From an uncultured delta proteobacterium (GTDB taxonomy: Bacteria; Myxococcota_A; Polyangia; Polyangiales; JAFGIB01), in assembly GCA_963778655.1 (NCBI GenBank), contig CAVZVA010000012.1:1-64000 (forward strand): a stretch of DNA of 64,000 nucleotides. Direction: 5' to 3'. The translations under genes and the position numbers were made by a program. Below are positions 52,775 to 62,389 of the stretch, in pieces. Under the pieces are notes generated by a model. That model was not told the DNA's origin. It did no database searches and saw nothing but the letters and a program-made list of their open reading frames with translations. The first letter of the stretch is position 1. Each line of letters opens with the position of its first letter.

Positions 52775-53329
52775 ATGGTTGCGAATCGATCGCGTACGAG
52801 TCGTTCCGGCCAGTCCGCCGGTGCCTACAGCTTCGGGCCCGCGCACCCCTCGCTTCGCGGGGGCCCGCGGCAGGTCAGCGGACCTGTGGCCAGGGCCGTC
52901 GACCCGCACGCACGAGCGCCGCGCGGCGAACGGCCAGGCAGCGAGCCCGTTGTGCCGGCCCACGTTGCGGATCGGCGCATACTTGCCGCCAGCGTGACCC
53001 AGAGCCTCGCCAAGCGTCGCTACGGTGACGCGCTCTCGAGCATTCTTCGGCTGGTGATGCTCGAGCCAGGCGAGCCTCGTTGGCATCAGAAGTACGGCGA
53101 GGTGCTACGCACGCTCGGCCGCGCTCAAGAGGCCGCGGCGGCTTATCGCCGCGCCGCGCGTCGCTACGAAGCGATGGCCTTGCCCGCGCGCGCTAGCGCC
53201 GCATTGCGCGTCGCCGAAGGGCTCGAAGGAGCTTCGTCGTCTTCCACCGCGCCGACCAGCAGTGACCGCCTGCGCACCCAGCCCCTCCCGTCCGCCGAGG
53301 ATCGGATCACGGCGCGACCGCCGGCGTGA
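52775..53329 (+). CDS. Small TPR-like protein
   Basis: EPGEPRWHQKYGEVLRTLGRAQEAAAAYRRA helix pair; GAAGGA RBS. Confidence 0.5.
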   Translation: MVANRSRTSRSGQSAGAYSFGPAHPSLRGGPRQVSGPVARAVDPHARAPRGERPGSEPVVPAHVADRRILAASVTQSLAKRRYGDALSSILRLVMLEPGEPRWHQKYGEVLRTLGRAQEAAAAYRRAARRYEAMALPARASAALRVAEGLEGASSSSTAPTSSDRLRTQPLPSAEDRITARPPA

Positions 53330-53349
53330 CGGACTTCGCCGTCGAGCGC

Positions 53350-53390
53350 GGATCCCGGATCCCCGCCCCAGGTTGACGAGAGGGGGAGGC
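53350..53390 (-). repeat. Degenerate HUH-element end motif
   Basis: GGATCCC-GGATCCCCGCCCCAGGTTGACGAGAGGGGGAGG, 20 bp after the upstream stop. Confidence 0.7.
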
Positions 53391-53449
53391 GTGCCGCGCG
53401 GACGCCAGATGGGCTCCGCTGGGCTCGAGCGCCTGCCCGTGCCAGTCGA

Positions 53450-53602
53450 TGGAAAGACGCCGAGTATCGCCACAGCCTGACGCCCGAGCAGCAGGCCAGC
53501 CTGTCCCCGAACCCGGCAGAGCTTGTAGACGCCGAGCTGGACCTGGTCGCCGGCGGAATGCGCGTGCGCAGCCTGAGCCTCGACGCGTGCTGCAAGCCCA
53601 AG
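53450..53602 (+). pseudogene. Remnant of a second lanthipeptide precursor
   Basis: WKDAEYRHSLTPEQQASLSPNPAELVDAELDLVAGG-MRVRSLSLDACCKP; no in-frame start or nearby stop. Confidence 0.75.
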
Positions 53603-54160
53603 TCAAGCGGGCCAGTGTTTGAGGGCTTCTTGAAGCGACTCGACTTTCTGGGGTGCCCGCCGCTGCGCGGCCGCGATCAAGTCCTCGCGAAGGCGGCGCG
53701 ACTCCCGTGCGAGGTCGGACATCGTGTCCTCGTAGTTGTTCGGACTGAATCGAAATCGGCGCTTGGGCGGTCCGTCGCTGAGGCGCAAGGCGTGCCGCAC
53801 GCTCATGACGATTTCGTCACCAGACTTGGTAAACGCGGCCTTGTAGTGGTTGTCGATAAAGACATCCGCCGGTATGTCCGCAGGAGTTTTGGGCCAGAGC
53901 TCGAAGAAATTCATCGGACTGGCGAAGAAGCCGCCTGCCTCCCCGAAAAACACGATTTCGATCCGCAGACCACGATCGTCGACTTCGTACTGGTCGATGA
54001 TGTCCAGGAGGATGCGCTCGCGTGTGCCCCCGTCGATTTCGACCAGGTAGAGCTCGTCGCCGATCGTGCCCAGGACTCGCGGCGCGTCCCAACGATACTC
54101 GCTCTCGCCGACCCAGCCGGCGAGGCCAAGCCGCGCGACTCTTTCGACCACGTCAGCCAT
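53603..54160 (-). CDS. Hypothetical protein
   Basis: 185-aa ORF with protein-like composition. Confidence 0.6.
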   Translation of the reverse strand: MADVVERVARLGLAGWVGESEYRWDAPRVLGTIGDELYLVEIDGGTRERILLDIIDQYEVDDRGLRIEIVFFGEAGGFFASPMNFFELWPKTPADIPADVFIDNHYKAAFTKSGDEIVMSVRHALRLSDGPPKRRFRFSPNNYEDTMSDLARESRRLREDLIAAAQRRAPQKVESLQEALKHWPA

Positions 54161-54208
54161 CGGCGTGTCTGTATTTACTCGCCGGACCGGACCGTCCTGC
54201 GCATCCCC

Positions 54209-54625
54209 TCACGTCCGGGGAGCCTCGTGGTTGATCATCCACGGGACGCCGAAACGATCTAGCAGCATGCCGAAGGCTTCGGCCCAGAACGTCTTTTCCA
54301 GCGGCATGGTGACGCGTCCGCCTTCGGCCAGGGCGTCGTAGGCGGCCTTGGCGGCTGCCACCGACTCAAAGCTGAGTGACAGGGAGAAACCATGCATTCC
54401 CTGGTGGGGCTGGCCGGGCATGGAGTCCGACGCCATCAAGGTGTTGCCGTCGAAGCTCAGCCGCGAGTGCATGACGCGGTCAGCGCTGCCCGGAGGCGCC
54501 TGGGTCGCCATCGGTGATTGGCCAAAGGTCATCAGCTCGAGCGTGCCGCCCAGGGTGCGCTCGTAGAAGCGCATGGCGTCCGCACAGTTGCCATCGAACG
54601 TGAGATAGGCGTGAAGCTGGCGCAT
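54209..54625 (-). CDS. VOC family protein (PhnB-like)
   Basis: YLTFDGNCADAMRFY, VMHS, LMASD, TFWAEAFGMLLDRFGVPWMIN; GAGG RBS. Confidence 0.85.
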   Translation of the reverse strand: MRQLHAYLTFDGNCADAMRFYERTLGGTLELMTFGQSPMATQAPPGSADRVMHSRLSFDGNTLMASDSMPGQPHQGMHGFSLSLSFESVAAAKAAYDALAEGGRVTMPLEKTFWAEAFGMLLDRFGVPWMINHEAPRT

Positions 54626-55020
54626 GGGAAGCCTCCTCGGAGTCGGTCTGCGCGGATTCTTGCACCTTGCCGGCTGTGTCCGCAACGGGATGCCGGGCCG
54701 GCACCATCCGGAGACGTTCGGGCCCGACTCACTCGACCACCGGCGGGCACGCGCGGAAGGGGCGGGGGCGGTTTCATTGTACGCTCGTGCGGGCAGACTT
54801 GTGGATGCCGGGCCTGTGGTTGCTCGTGCCGAGCGCGGTGTTGCTCACGGCTGTGCCGTCACCACAGACATGGTCCGAGAGCGGGCGGCGGTCGAGGGGC
54901 GCGCAATTCCGCGAGGCGCATGTCCGGAATCGTGTCCGCGTTCCGTTTGATCCCAGTGAAGGCGAACGGGAGACGAAAACCCGGGGCCGTCAAGACCAAC
55001 CCAACCCCACAGGAATCAAC

Positions 55021-55257
55021 ATGAAAATCGATATCGTTCGTGCATGGAAGGACGCCGCGTACCGCAACAGCCTGACTCCCGAGCAGCAGGCCAGCCTGCC
55101 CCCGAACCCGGCGGAGGTTTCAGACGCCGAGCTCGACCAGGTCGCCGGCGGGTTCCGCTCGCTCCGAATGGACGTGACCCTCGGCGGACCGACGCGCTGC
55201 GGAACGGCGTACCCCGAGTGCTGCTACAACTCCACGATCGGCGTGATGAGGCGGTGA
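55021..55257 (+). CDS. lanA: Class II lanthipeptide precursor (mersacidin/lichenicidin-type leader)
   Basis: MKIDIVRAWKDAAYRNSLTPEQQASLPPNPA..ELDQVAGG leader; core with 3 Cys and 6 Ser/Thr. Confidence 0.9.
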   Translation: MKIDIVRAWKDAAYRNSLTPEQQASLPPNPAEVSDAELDQVAGGFRSLRMDVTLGGPTRCGTAYPECCYNSTIGVMRR

Positions 55258-55270
55258 CACGGACGCGCAA

Positions 55271-55327
55271 GGCGCCGCCAAGTCGAGGGTGCCCACGCCG
55301 GTGGAGCACCAGCGAAATGGCGGCGCC
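55271..55327 (+). terminator. Intergenic stem-loop between lanA and lanM
   Basis: Perfect 10-bp inverted repeat GGCGCCGCCA/TGGCGGCGCC; no U-tract. Confidence 0.45.
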
Positions 55328-55386
55328 GTCCGAGCTACGACCCACCCATTGATCCGACCTGCGATTCTTCGACGGCAACAACGCTC

Positions 55387-58300
55387 ATGACTCACCACTC
55401 GCTCACTGCAGACCCCGGCGCCCTCACGCCGCAGCTGTACTCGGCTCTGTCGCTCGCAGAGCGGCGCTCGCGTTTGCAGCAAGTCGGTGAGCGCCCGATC
55501 GACCCGAAGGCGGATGCAGGCCGCGCGGCGGCGGTCGTCGATCGCTGGAAGGCGTCCGCCCCTTTCACAAGCGGTGCTTCGTTCGATGCGCGCCTGCAGC
55601 TGGACTGCTTGAGCGAAGACGATCTGCGCGCGATCCTCGCGCTTTCGCCCGAGGCCTACGCCCAGCCGGGCGCCGAGATGCCAGCTTGGATTCGGGAGCT
55701 CGAGGAGCTCTACAGCAAGCCGCATCCCATCGGCGCCGAGCCGGCGTTCTCACGGTACGCCGCGCAGGGCGCGAACGGCTTGCTCTGGATCGCGTACCCG
55801 TTGATTCGGTGTGTACTGGGACGATTTCGCGAGCGTGTCGGCCAGCTCACGACACCGCACAGTCCGTTCGAGGCCGCGTCGGCGGAGCGCTTGCTCCTGC
55901 CGAGCTTGTTCGAGACGCTCATGGATGCGCTGACTCCGACGCTCGTCCTGGAGCTGAACGTCGCCCGTGTGCAGCAACTTCTCGCCGGCGAGCTCGCGGA
56001 GCAGCGCTTCGCCAGCTTCTGCGAGCGCCTGCAACACAGCGACGTGCGACAGGCAATCGCCGGCGAGTACCCAGTGTTGTTGCGATTTCTCTACGTCCGG
56101 GCCACGCAGTGGCTGGACTGCAGCCTCGAGCTGTTGGAGCGGCTTTCGCACGATTGGGAGTTGATCCGTACGCGCCTGGCCGCGGGTGCGAATCCGGGCA
56201 AGCTGGCGTCCATCGACGTGGGCGCCGGCGATACGCATCGCGGAGGTCGCACGGTCGCGATCCTCGAGCTCGAGACTGGCTTCAAGTTTGTCTACAAGCC
56301 TCACAGTCAGGCGGTAGACGTGCGCTTCGGCGAGCTGCTCAGCTGGATCAACCGGGCCGGCTTCGAGACCCCGTTTCGCGTGCTCGAGATCATCGATCGT
56401 GGCGCCTACGGCTGGTCGGAGTTCGTCGAGCGAGAGTCGTGTTCCGACCCGGGCGAGGTCGAGCGCTTCTATCAAAGGCTCGGCGGCTACCTGGCGGTGT
56501 TCTACGTCACACGCGCCCGCGACATGCATTTCGGCAATCTGATCGCGGCTGGGGAGCATCCGGTGCCGGTGGATCTCGAAGCATTGTTCCACAACGACGT
56601 GATCTCGGAACAGGACGATCCCGCGCTCGCCGCGTTCCAGTCATCTGTGATGCAGACGATGCTGCTGCCTCAACCCATGTACGTATCCGGCACCGATCAG
56701 ACCGTCGACCTGAGCGGCTTTGGTGCCAGCAGCGACCAACCGTTTCCGTTCGCGAGGAAGGTGTGCTGGGACCGGCCAGGAACCGACGAGATGCGACTGG
56801 TTCGCGACCAGGCGGTGCCCACCCTCGTTGCCAGGAGCCGGCCCCAGTTGAACGGTGTGGAAGTCCGCGCGGACGACTTCGGGGAACATTTCCTGGCCGG
56901 CTTTCGCCGTGTGTACCGCCTGATCGAAACACACCGCGACGCGCTCCAAGGGCCGGCGGGGTGGTTCGAGCGAATCGTGGACGACGAGGTGCGGTTCGTC
57001 GCACGTGCGACTTCGGTGTACGCAGGAATGCTTGGGCGGTGCAATCAACCCCCCCAGCTACGAGATGCGATCGATCGCGATCAGGTGTTGGAAGACCTGT
57101 GGTTGGGTACGCACGAGCAACCTCACCTGACTCGCCTGATTTCGGCGGAGGCAAGAGACCTGCAGCGCGGCGACGTCCCAGTGTTCACGTCCCGGCCCAA
57201 CTCGCGCCACCTGTGGACCAGCGACGGCGAGCCGATTCCGGATTTCTTCGAGCAGCCGGCGAGGGCGTTGCTTCTCGAGGGGCTGAACCGGCTCGGAGAC
57301 GCTGACCTCGCGCGGCAGGAAGGGTTGATCCGTACCGCCATCGCTTCGCTCGGTGCAACCGAAGCGCACGACGACGTGCCGGCGTCACGCAAGTTTCCTT
57401 TGACGAGTGGGCACGAGGCCATCGACCTGGCGCGTGCCGTCGGGGATACGCTGTGCCGCAATGCCCTGCAGACCGAAGCGCATGCGAGCTGGATAGGCGT
57501 CGATCCTCTCGGCCCCGCCGGTCAGGTCTCGATCCAGCCGTTGGATGTGGGCCTGTACAGCGGCCTTTCAGGCTGCGCGTTGTTTCTTGGTTATCTGGCC
57601 GTCGTCAGCGGCGATGCATCCTACGAGCAGGTCGCACGAAAGGCCGTGGCGCTGTTGCGGCACCGGCTCGCGCGCGGACGAGCTTCAGGCATGCCGGTGC
57701 CGAGCCTGGGCGCGTTTACGGGCGTCGGCGGAGTCATCTACGCGCTCACCCACCTGGGCGTGCTCTGGGACGATGCGGCGCTGCTCCAAGAAGCGCACGT
57801 GCTGGCCGCGGACGTCCCGCAGCTCATCGCCACGGACGATACGCTCGATGTGATTGGCGGCTGTGCGGGTGCGATCGCTGCGCTCTCGGTTCTGTGCCAA
57901 GTCAGCCCGAGCGACGCGTTGCAGCGCGCAGCCGTGGCCTGCGGCGAGCACCTCCTTGCCAAACAGCAGCCGCAAGCCCACGGCGTCGCCTGGACCACCC
58001 ACATTGGCGCCAGCCAGCCGCTGACCGGGTTCTCGCACGGTGCGGCCGGCATCGCGTGGGCATTGCTCAAGCTTGCGGCCCTCAGCGGCCAGGAGCGTTT
58101 CCGCGCGACTGCGCTGGCTGCGCTCGCATATGAACGAAGCACGTTTGTCGCCGACATGGCCAACTGGCCAGACTTCCGCCTCGCGCCAGGCAAGGACCCG
58201 TCCGTGCCGTTGTGCGAGCTCGCGTGGTGTCATGGAGCGCCTGGAATCGCGCTCGCTCGCATCGACAGCCTGCCGTACCTGGACGACCGCGAGACGCGCG

Positions 58301-58623
58301 ACGAGATAGCGGTCGGGCTTCGCACCACGCTTGCAGCCAAGCCCGGGAGAAATCACTGCCTGTGTCATGGCGACCTCGGCAACCTCGAGCTTCTGCTTCA
58401 CGCCGCCGAGCGCGTCGATGACTGCTGGTGGCGTGATGCTGGGGAGCGCGTGGCGCAACAGACCCTGCGGACAATCGCCGCACGAGGCTGCCGCTGCGGC
58501 GGCCAGAGCTACCTTGCGCCGCCCGGGTTGATGGTCGGGCTCGCCGGAATCGGCTACGGAGCGCTTCGCCTCGCGCGTCGCGACAAGGTCCCCTCGGTAC
58601 TGGTCCTGGCGCCTCCGGCATAG
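55387..58623 (+). CDS. lanM: Class II lanthipeptide synthetase LanM
   Basis: GDTHRGG, VYKP, DMHFGN, VDLEALFH, RATSVY, GDVPVF; cyclase GFSHGAAG, WCHG, CLCHG. Confidence 0.93.
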   Translation: MTHHSLTADPGALTPQLYSALSLAERRSRLQQVGERPIDPKADAGRAAAVVDRWKASAPFTSGASFDARLQLDCLSEDDLRAILALSPEAYAQPGAEMPAWIRELEELYSKPHPIGAEPAFSRYAAQGANGLLWIAYPLIRCVLGRFRERVGQLTTPHSPFEAASAERLLLPSLFETLMDALTPTLVLELNVARVQQLLAGELAEQRFASFCERLQHSDVRQAIAGEYPVLLRFLYVRATQWLDCSLELLERLSHDWELIRTRLAAGANPGKLASIDVGAGDTHRGGRTVAILELETGFKFVYKPHSQAVDVRFGELLSWINRAGFETPFRVLEIIDRGAYGWSEFVERESCSDPGEVERFYQRLGGYLAVFYVTRARDMHFGNLIAAGEHPVPVDLEALFHNDVISEQDDPALAAFQSSVMQTMLLPQPMYVSGTDQTVDLSGFGASSDQPFPFARKVCWDRPGTDEMRLVRDQAVPTLVARSRPQLNGVEVRADDFGEHFLAGFRRVYRLIETHRDALQGPAGWFERIVDDEVRFVARATSVYAGMLGRCNQPPQLRDAIDRDQVLEDLWLGTHEQPHLTRLISAEARDLQRGDVPVFTSRPNSRHLWTSDGEPIPDFFEQPARALLLEGLNRLGDADLARQEGLIRTAIASLGATEAHDDVPASRKFPLTSGHEAIDLARAVGDTLCRNALQTEAHASWIGVDPLGPAGQVSIQPLDVGLYSGLSGCALFLGYLAVVSGDASYEQVARKAVALLRHRLARGRASGMPVPSLGAFTGVGGVIYALTHLGVLWDDAALLQEAHVLAADVPQLIATDDTLDVIGGCAGAIAALSVLCQVSPSDALQRAAVACGEHLLAKQQPQAHGVAWTTHIGASQPLTGFSHGAAGIAWALLKLAALSGQERFRATALAALAYERSTFVADMANWPDFRLAPGKDPSVPLCELAWCHGAPGIALARIDSLPYLDDRETRDEIAVGLRTTLAAKPGRNHCLCHGDLGNLELLLHAAERVDDCWWRDAGERVAQQTLRTIAARGCRCGGQSYLAPPGLMVGLAGIGYGALRLARRDKVPSVLVLAPPA

Positions 58624-58806
58624 GTGGGACTCGCGCGCGGCCTGGGCCTCGGCTCACGAGGCTCCGGCGCCGACGCGGAAGCACATCGATCACAGCGCGG
58701 TCGTCTCCGCCGCACGGGAACGCCCCGGGCCCCTGCGGCCGTCGCTATCCGCTGTCGAGAGCCGGAAGGGCGGTCTCGGCTGGGGCGCGGGCGACGCGTT
58801 CTGCCT

Positions 58807-60015
58807 CTACTCTAGGTCGCACTCGGTCGCGTCACGTGCCTTCGTCGGGGTTCCGGGCACCTTCTTCACCGTGTTGGTGGTGACATGGGGAAAAACATAG
58901 CGACCGAACGTTTTGCCGTCGTCGAGCGAGAGCTCCATCTCCATGAGGATGGTCTGTGAGTACGCCAGATAGTCGAATTTCATCGACTTGTGATGCTTGT
59001 GCTCGGTCGACAAGAGCCAGTAGTCAGCCCAGTATTCGGTCACCCGGGACTTGCGGTCCTCGAAGGGGATATTGGTAACGACGCCCTCGCCGCCGGGAAA
59101 CGGCTCGGTCGTCACCCGCCAATGGATGTGGGCGGTCGGCTTGATCAGCTCGACCGCCTTTTGCAGCGGAAAGTTGGGATTGAGCGCCCACTTCGGATTC
59201 GGGTTCTCGAAGTCGTCCACGGCGTCGAGCTGGTGCGCATAGGGATCGGTCCATGGCGTGCTCGAGGCGCCGGGGGGCGTGGGATCGAGCCGCCGTGCAC
59301 AGGGGTCGAGACACCCCCGGCGCGAGCTGGCTGCCGGCTCTGGGTAGGGGACCGGTGCATCGGGAATGACGGGCGCACCGGGAATGACGGTATTGGAGGT
59401 GAGTCCGCTGAAAGCCGGCTGAAACTCGTCGCGGTCATAGAGGTCGACGCTGCCGAGCGCCAGGACGGAATTGCCGTGCGGCACCGCGATTTGCTTGGCG
59501 ATGGTGATATAGGGCGGCTGGCGTAGCACCTGACCCCCGACGAAAGGGCCGTCATCGTCGAGCTTGTACGGCCCCAGAAGCTGATTCCTGGTGCCGAGAT
59601 GCAGCCAAGCACCGTTCTCTACGTGGACGATCTTGCCGGCCGCCGGCCCCTCCGCGAAGCGGACCTGCTGGTCGTAAAAGACGGCGTGGGAAAACTGGGT
59701 AAAGGTTCCACCACGGTTTGGTGCCCCGGCAATGACTGCCAGCGCCCGTGGGTCTGTGTGCTCGGGTAGGTCTCCATCCTTGGCGCTTCCGTTGAACCGG
59801 ATCGTTTCGGTGAATGCGAAATTCTTCAGGATGAAGCCACCAAATTGCATGGTTCCGTCCGGAGGTCGGGTAACCTGTCGGTCAACCTGTGGCAGCGGCA
59901 TCACGTTGTAGGAAAGTGGTCTTCCGGCGACGGTGAGCTTCTTGTCATTTTGCCATGTGCCGATCAACAAGCATTGAAACATCGCGATGTCGGTACTCTT
60001 TGATGCCTGGGGCAT
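58807..60015 (-). CDS. Hypothetical protein, possibly a heme-binding beta-barrel
   Basis: GGAG RBS; GTW..YNVMPLPQ, APNRGG, VHVENGAWL, VPHGNSVLA, FPHV; family recalled, not verified. Confidence 0.5.
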   Translation of the reverse strand: MPQASKSTDIAMFQCLLIGTWQNDKKLTVAGRPLSYNVMPLPQVDRQVTRPPDGTMQFGGFILKNFAFTETIRFNGSAKDGDLPEHTDPRALAVIAGAPNRGGTFTQFSHAVFYDQQVRFAEGPAAGKIVHVENGAWLHLGTRNQLLGPYKLDDDGPFVGGQVLRQPPYITIAKQIAVPHGNSVLALGSVDLYDRDEFQPAFSGLTSNTVIPGAPVIPDAPVPYPEPAASSRRGCLDPCARRLDPTPPGASSTPWTDPYAHQLDAVDDFENPNPKWALNPNFPLQKAVELIKPTAHIHWRVTTEPFPGGEGVVTNIPFEDRKSRVTEYWADYWLLSTEHKHHKSMKFDYLAYSQTILMEMELSLDDGKTFGRYVFPHVTTNTVKKVPGTPTKARDATECDLE

Positions 60016-60491
60016 ATCTGTTTCTCCAATTGGCGGAACGTCGTCCGAGATAGAGGCAGAGCTACGGCTTCCCACGATGGTCGTGCCGGTGCTTCGCCAG
60101 TCTATGAGGCGTCTCACAGTCCGTGACGTTTCGACGATTTGCGACCGCCGCGCGTGCAGCGACGCCCGGATCCCTGCCCCAGATCGATGAGCTCGTACGG
60201 ACCGGCCATCCAGATCCAGCCGTTTCGGCCCGAATTGATTAGAACCTCGCCTGGACCAAACCAGCAAGACTGGTACGGCGGGGACGGCTGCCCCTCTGCT
60301 GACCCGGACACCACGGCCCCCGCTCTTCGCTCGGAGTGAGCGTGATGCCTACGGCGGGATTCGCGCGGTCTTCGCTTGGTTAGATCATATTCGGCGTTTG
60401 CGAACAGGCTTCCGCGCTGTACGGCCGGAACGAGCACTTGGAAGGGGCGGCCGCTGTGCCCGCACAGCTTCATCCCATCCGGGGGCACGTG

Positions 60492-61106
60492 TCACGAGGC
60501 GCGCTGGAAGCGGCATACGACGAACTGCTGTTGCCCGCCGTTCGGCGTGACGTGCACGCGCTCGAGCGCCTTGGACAGCGTGAACCCGACACCCAGCTCG
60601 CGCGCGAGCCCGGCCGCGTCGTACTGCACGACGTCGAGCCCGCTGCAGCGCTTCGGTCCGTGCAGCGAGAACGCCCCGATCACGACGTGGCCGCCGCACG
60701 CGAGGCTGCCGCGCAGGGCGTCGACGTACGCGCGGCGTTCGGCCGCACCCGTCAGGAAATGGAAGACCGCGCGGTCGTGCCACACATCGAAGGCCGCGGG
60801 CGGCAGCCCCGCCGTGATGATGTCCGCCCGCAGCCAGCGCACGCGCGCAGCGCGCTCGCCCAGGCGCGCACGCGCGATGTCGAGTGCCGCCTGCGAGACG
60901 TCGAGGACAGTGAGCTTTGAGTAGCCGGCCGCGAGCAGATCATCGACCAGCGTCGACGCCCCGCCGCCAACGTCGAGTATCCTGGTACCGGGGCTCGCGA
61001 CCTCGCGGATCAATGCCAGCGAGTCCACGAGATGCTCCGCGTACCAGCTCACTGCCACCGGCGACTTCGTCTCATAGACGTGCTCCCAGTGCGCGCGTCG
61101 ATCCAT
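60492..61106 (-). CDS. Class I SAM-dependent methyltransferase
   Basis: ILDVGGGAS, VLDVS, FDVWHDRAVFHFL. Confidence 0.85.
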   Translation of the reverse strand: MDRRAHWEHVYETKSPVAVSWYAEHLVDSLALIREVASPGTRILDVGGGASTLVDDLLAAGYSKLTVLDVSQAALDIARARLGERAARVRWLRADIITAGLPPAAFDVWHDRAVFHFLTGAAERRAYVDALRGSLACGGHVVIGAFSLHGPKRCSGLDVVQYDAAGLARELGVGFTLSKALERVHVTPNGGQQQFVVCRFQRAS

Positions 61107-61330
61107 GCCGGGAGTCTACTCGGCGGGGACACCTCCAGGGTGGCGGCGGCCTGTCGTTCGCCTCCGGGTGCCGGCCCGCACGGGCTGGGTCGCGCGCGCC
61201 AGAAGCCAGTCTAAGAGGTTGAATGTCCAACGCTTTCGTGGAATGCCCGGCGGACGGCAAAAAAGATCTCGGGGCGTGTCGATCTCGCGAGGGCTCGTTC
61301 GTCGAGTGATTGAAACCCCAAGGAGGAGCC

Positions 61331-61701
61331 ATGAAATACCTGTCGTTCATTCGCCATTCCGAGTCCTATCGCGAGTCCCCCCGCCGCCCGCGTTGATGGA
61401 GGCGATGGGCAAGTTCGTGGAGAAGTCGCTCAAGGACGGCACCGTGGTCGACACGGGCGGCTTGCTCCCGAGCAAGGACGGCGTCCGCGTCCGCCTGGCC
61501 GGCGGGAAGATCACGGCCACCGACGGCCCGTTCTCCGAGAGCAAAGAGGTCATCGGCGGCTGGGCCATCCTGAATGCCGACTCCAAGGCCGAAGCAGTTC
61601 GGATCGCGACCGAGTTCATGGAATTGCACCGAAAGCACTGGCCCGAATTCGAGGGCGAGTCCGAGGTGCGCCCGATGTTCGACCCCGGCATGGGCCCGTA
61701 G
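61331..61701 (+). CDS. YciI family protein with a 1-base frameshift in a C run near 61377-61382
   Basis: AGGAGG-ATGAAATAC start is out of frame with the DGPFSESKEVIGGW..EVRP body. Confidence 0.75.
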
Positions 61702-61928
61702 CGATCGAGCGCGAGCACGATCGCTAGAGCACCGAACAGTTTGAAACGTGTGCGAAGTCGCGGTGATGGGGGGATGCAGGGTGCGGGCAGGAGCCCGCAG
61801 GCGTAGCGAACCCTACGTCAAGCGGCGAGTGCTCGTGCCATGCGCCCGCCAGTGCCGTGAATCGTGCGCGTTTCAATCTGATCGGTGCTCTAGTCGTTCC
61901 CGTACTGAGAGCGCAAAGGAGAAGAGCA

Positions 61929-62363
61929 ATGCGAGTCATGGTGATGGTCAAGGCCACGAAGGCCTCCGAAGCGGGCGTCATGCCGAGCGAGAAGCTCATC
62001 GCCGAGATGGGCAAGTTCAACGAGCAGCTGGTGAAGGCCGGCATCATGCTGGGAGGCGACGGCCTGCAGCCCAGCAGCAAGGGCAAGCGGGTGCGCTTTT
62101 CCGGCGGTACGAAGAACGTCGTCGATGGACCGTTCGCCGAAACCAAGGAGCTCGTCGCGGGCTACTGGATCTGGCAGGTCAAGTCGATCGAAGAGGCCGT
62201 CGAGTGGGTCCGGCGCTGTCCCGACCCGATGCCCGGCGAGGAATCGGAGATCGAAATCCGCCCGGTGTTCGAGGCCGAAGAGTTCGGCGAGGCGCTCACG
62301 CCCGAGCTTCGCGCGCAGGAAGAGCGTCTGCGTGCCGAGATCGAGCGCCAGCGCAGCTCGTGA
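61929..62363 (+). CDS. YciI family protein
   Basis: AGGAG RBS; DGPFAETKELVAGYW..EIRP. Confidence 0.85.
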   Translation: MRVMVMVKATKASEAGVMPSEKLIAEMGKFNEQLVKAGIMLGGDGLQPSSKGKRVRFSGGTKNVVDGPFAETKELVAGYWIWQVKSIEEAVEWVRRCPDPMPGEESEIEIRPVFEAEEFGEALTPELRAQEERLRAEIERQRSS

Positions 62364-62389
62364 GCTTCCCATAAGCGGCCACTCCTCGC

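Noticed and set aside
35143..53390. Classical integron with attC sites
   Set aside because: No tyrosine recombinase is visible and the repeats lack paired RYYYAAC/GTTRRRY boxes; they derive from the HUH element's end.
61331..61400. Programmed frameshift or phase variation in yciI
   Set aside because: A single missing C in a short homopolymer is more simply a sequencing error, given other indels in the window.
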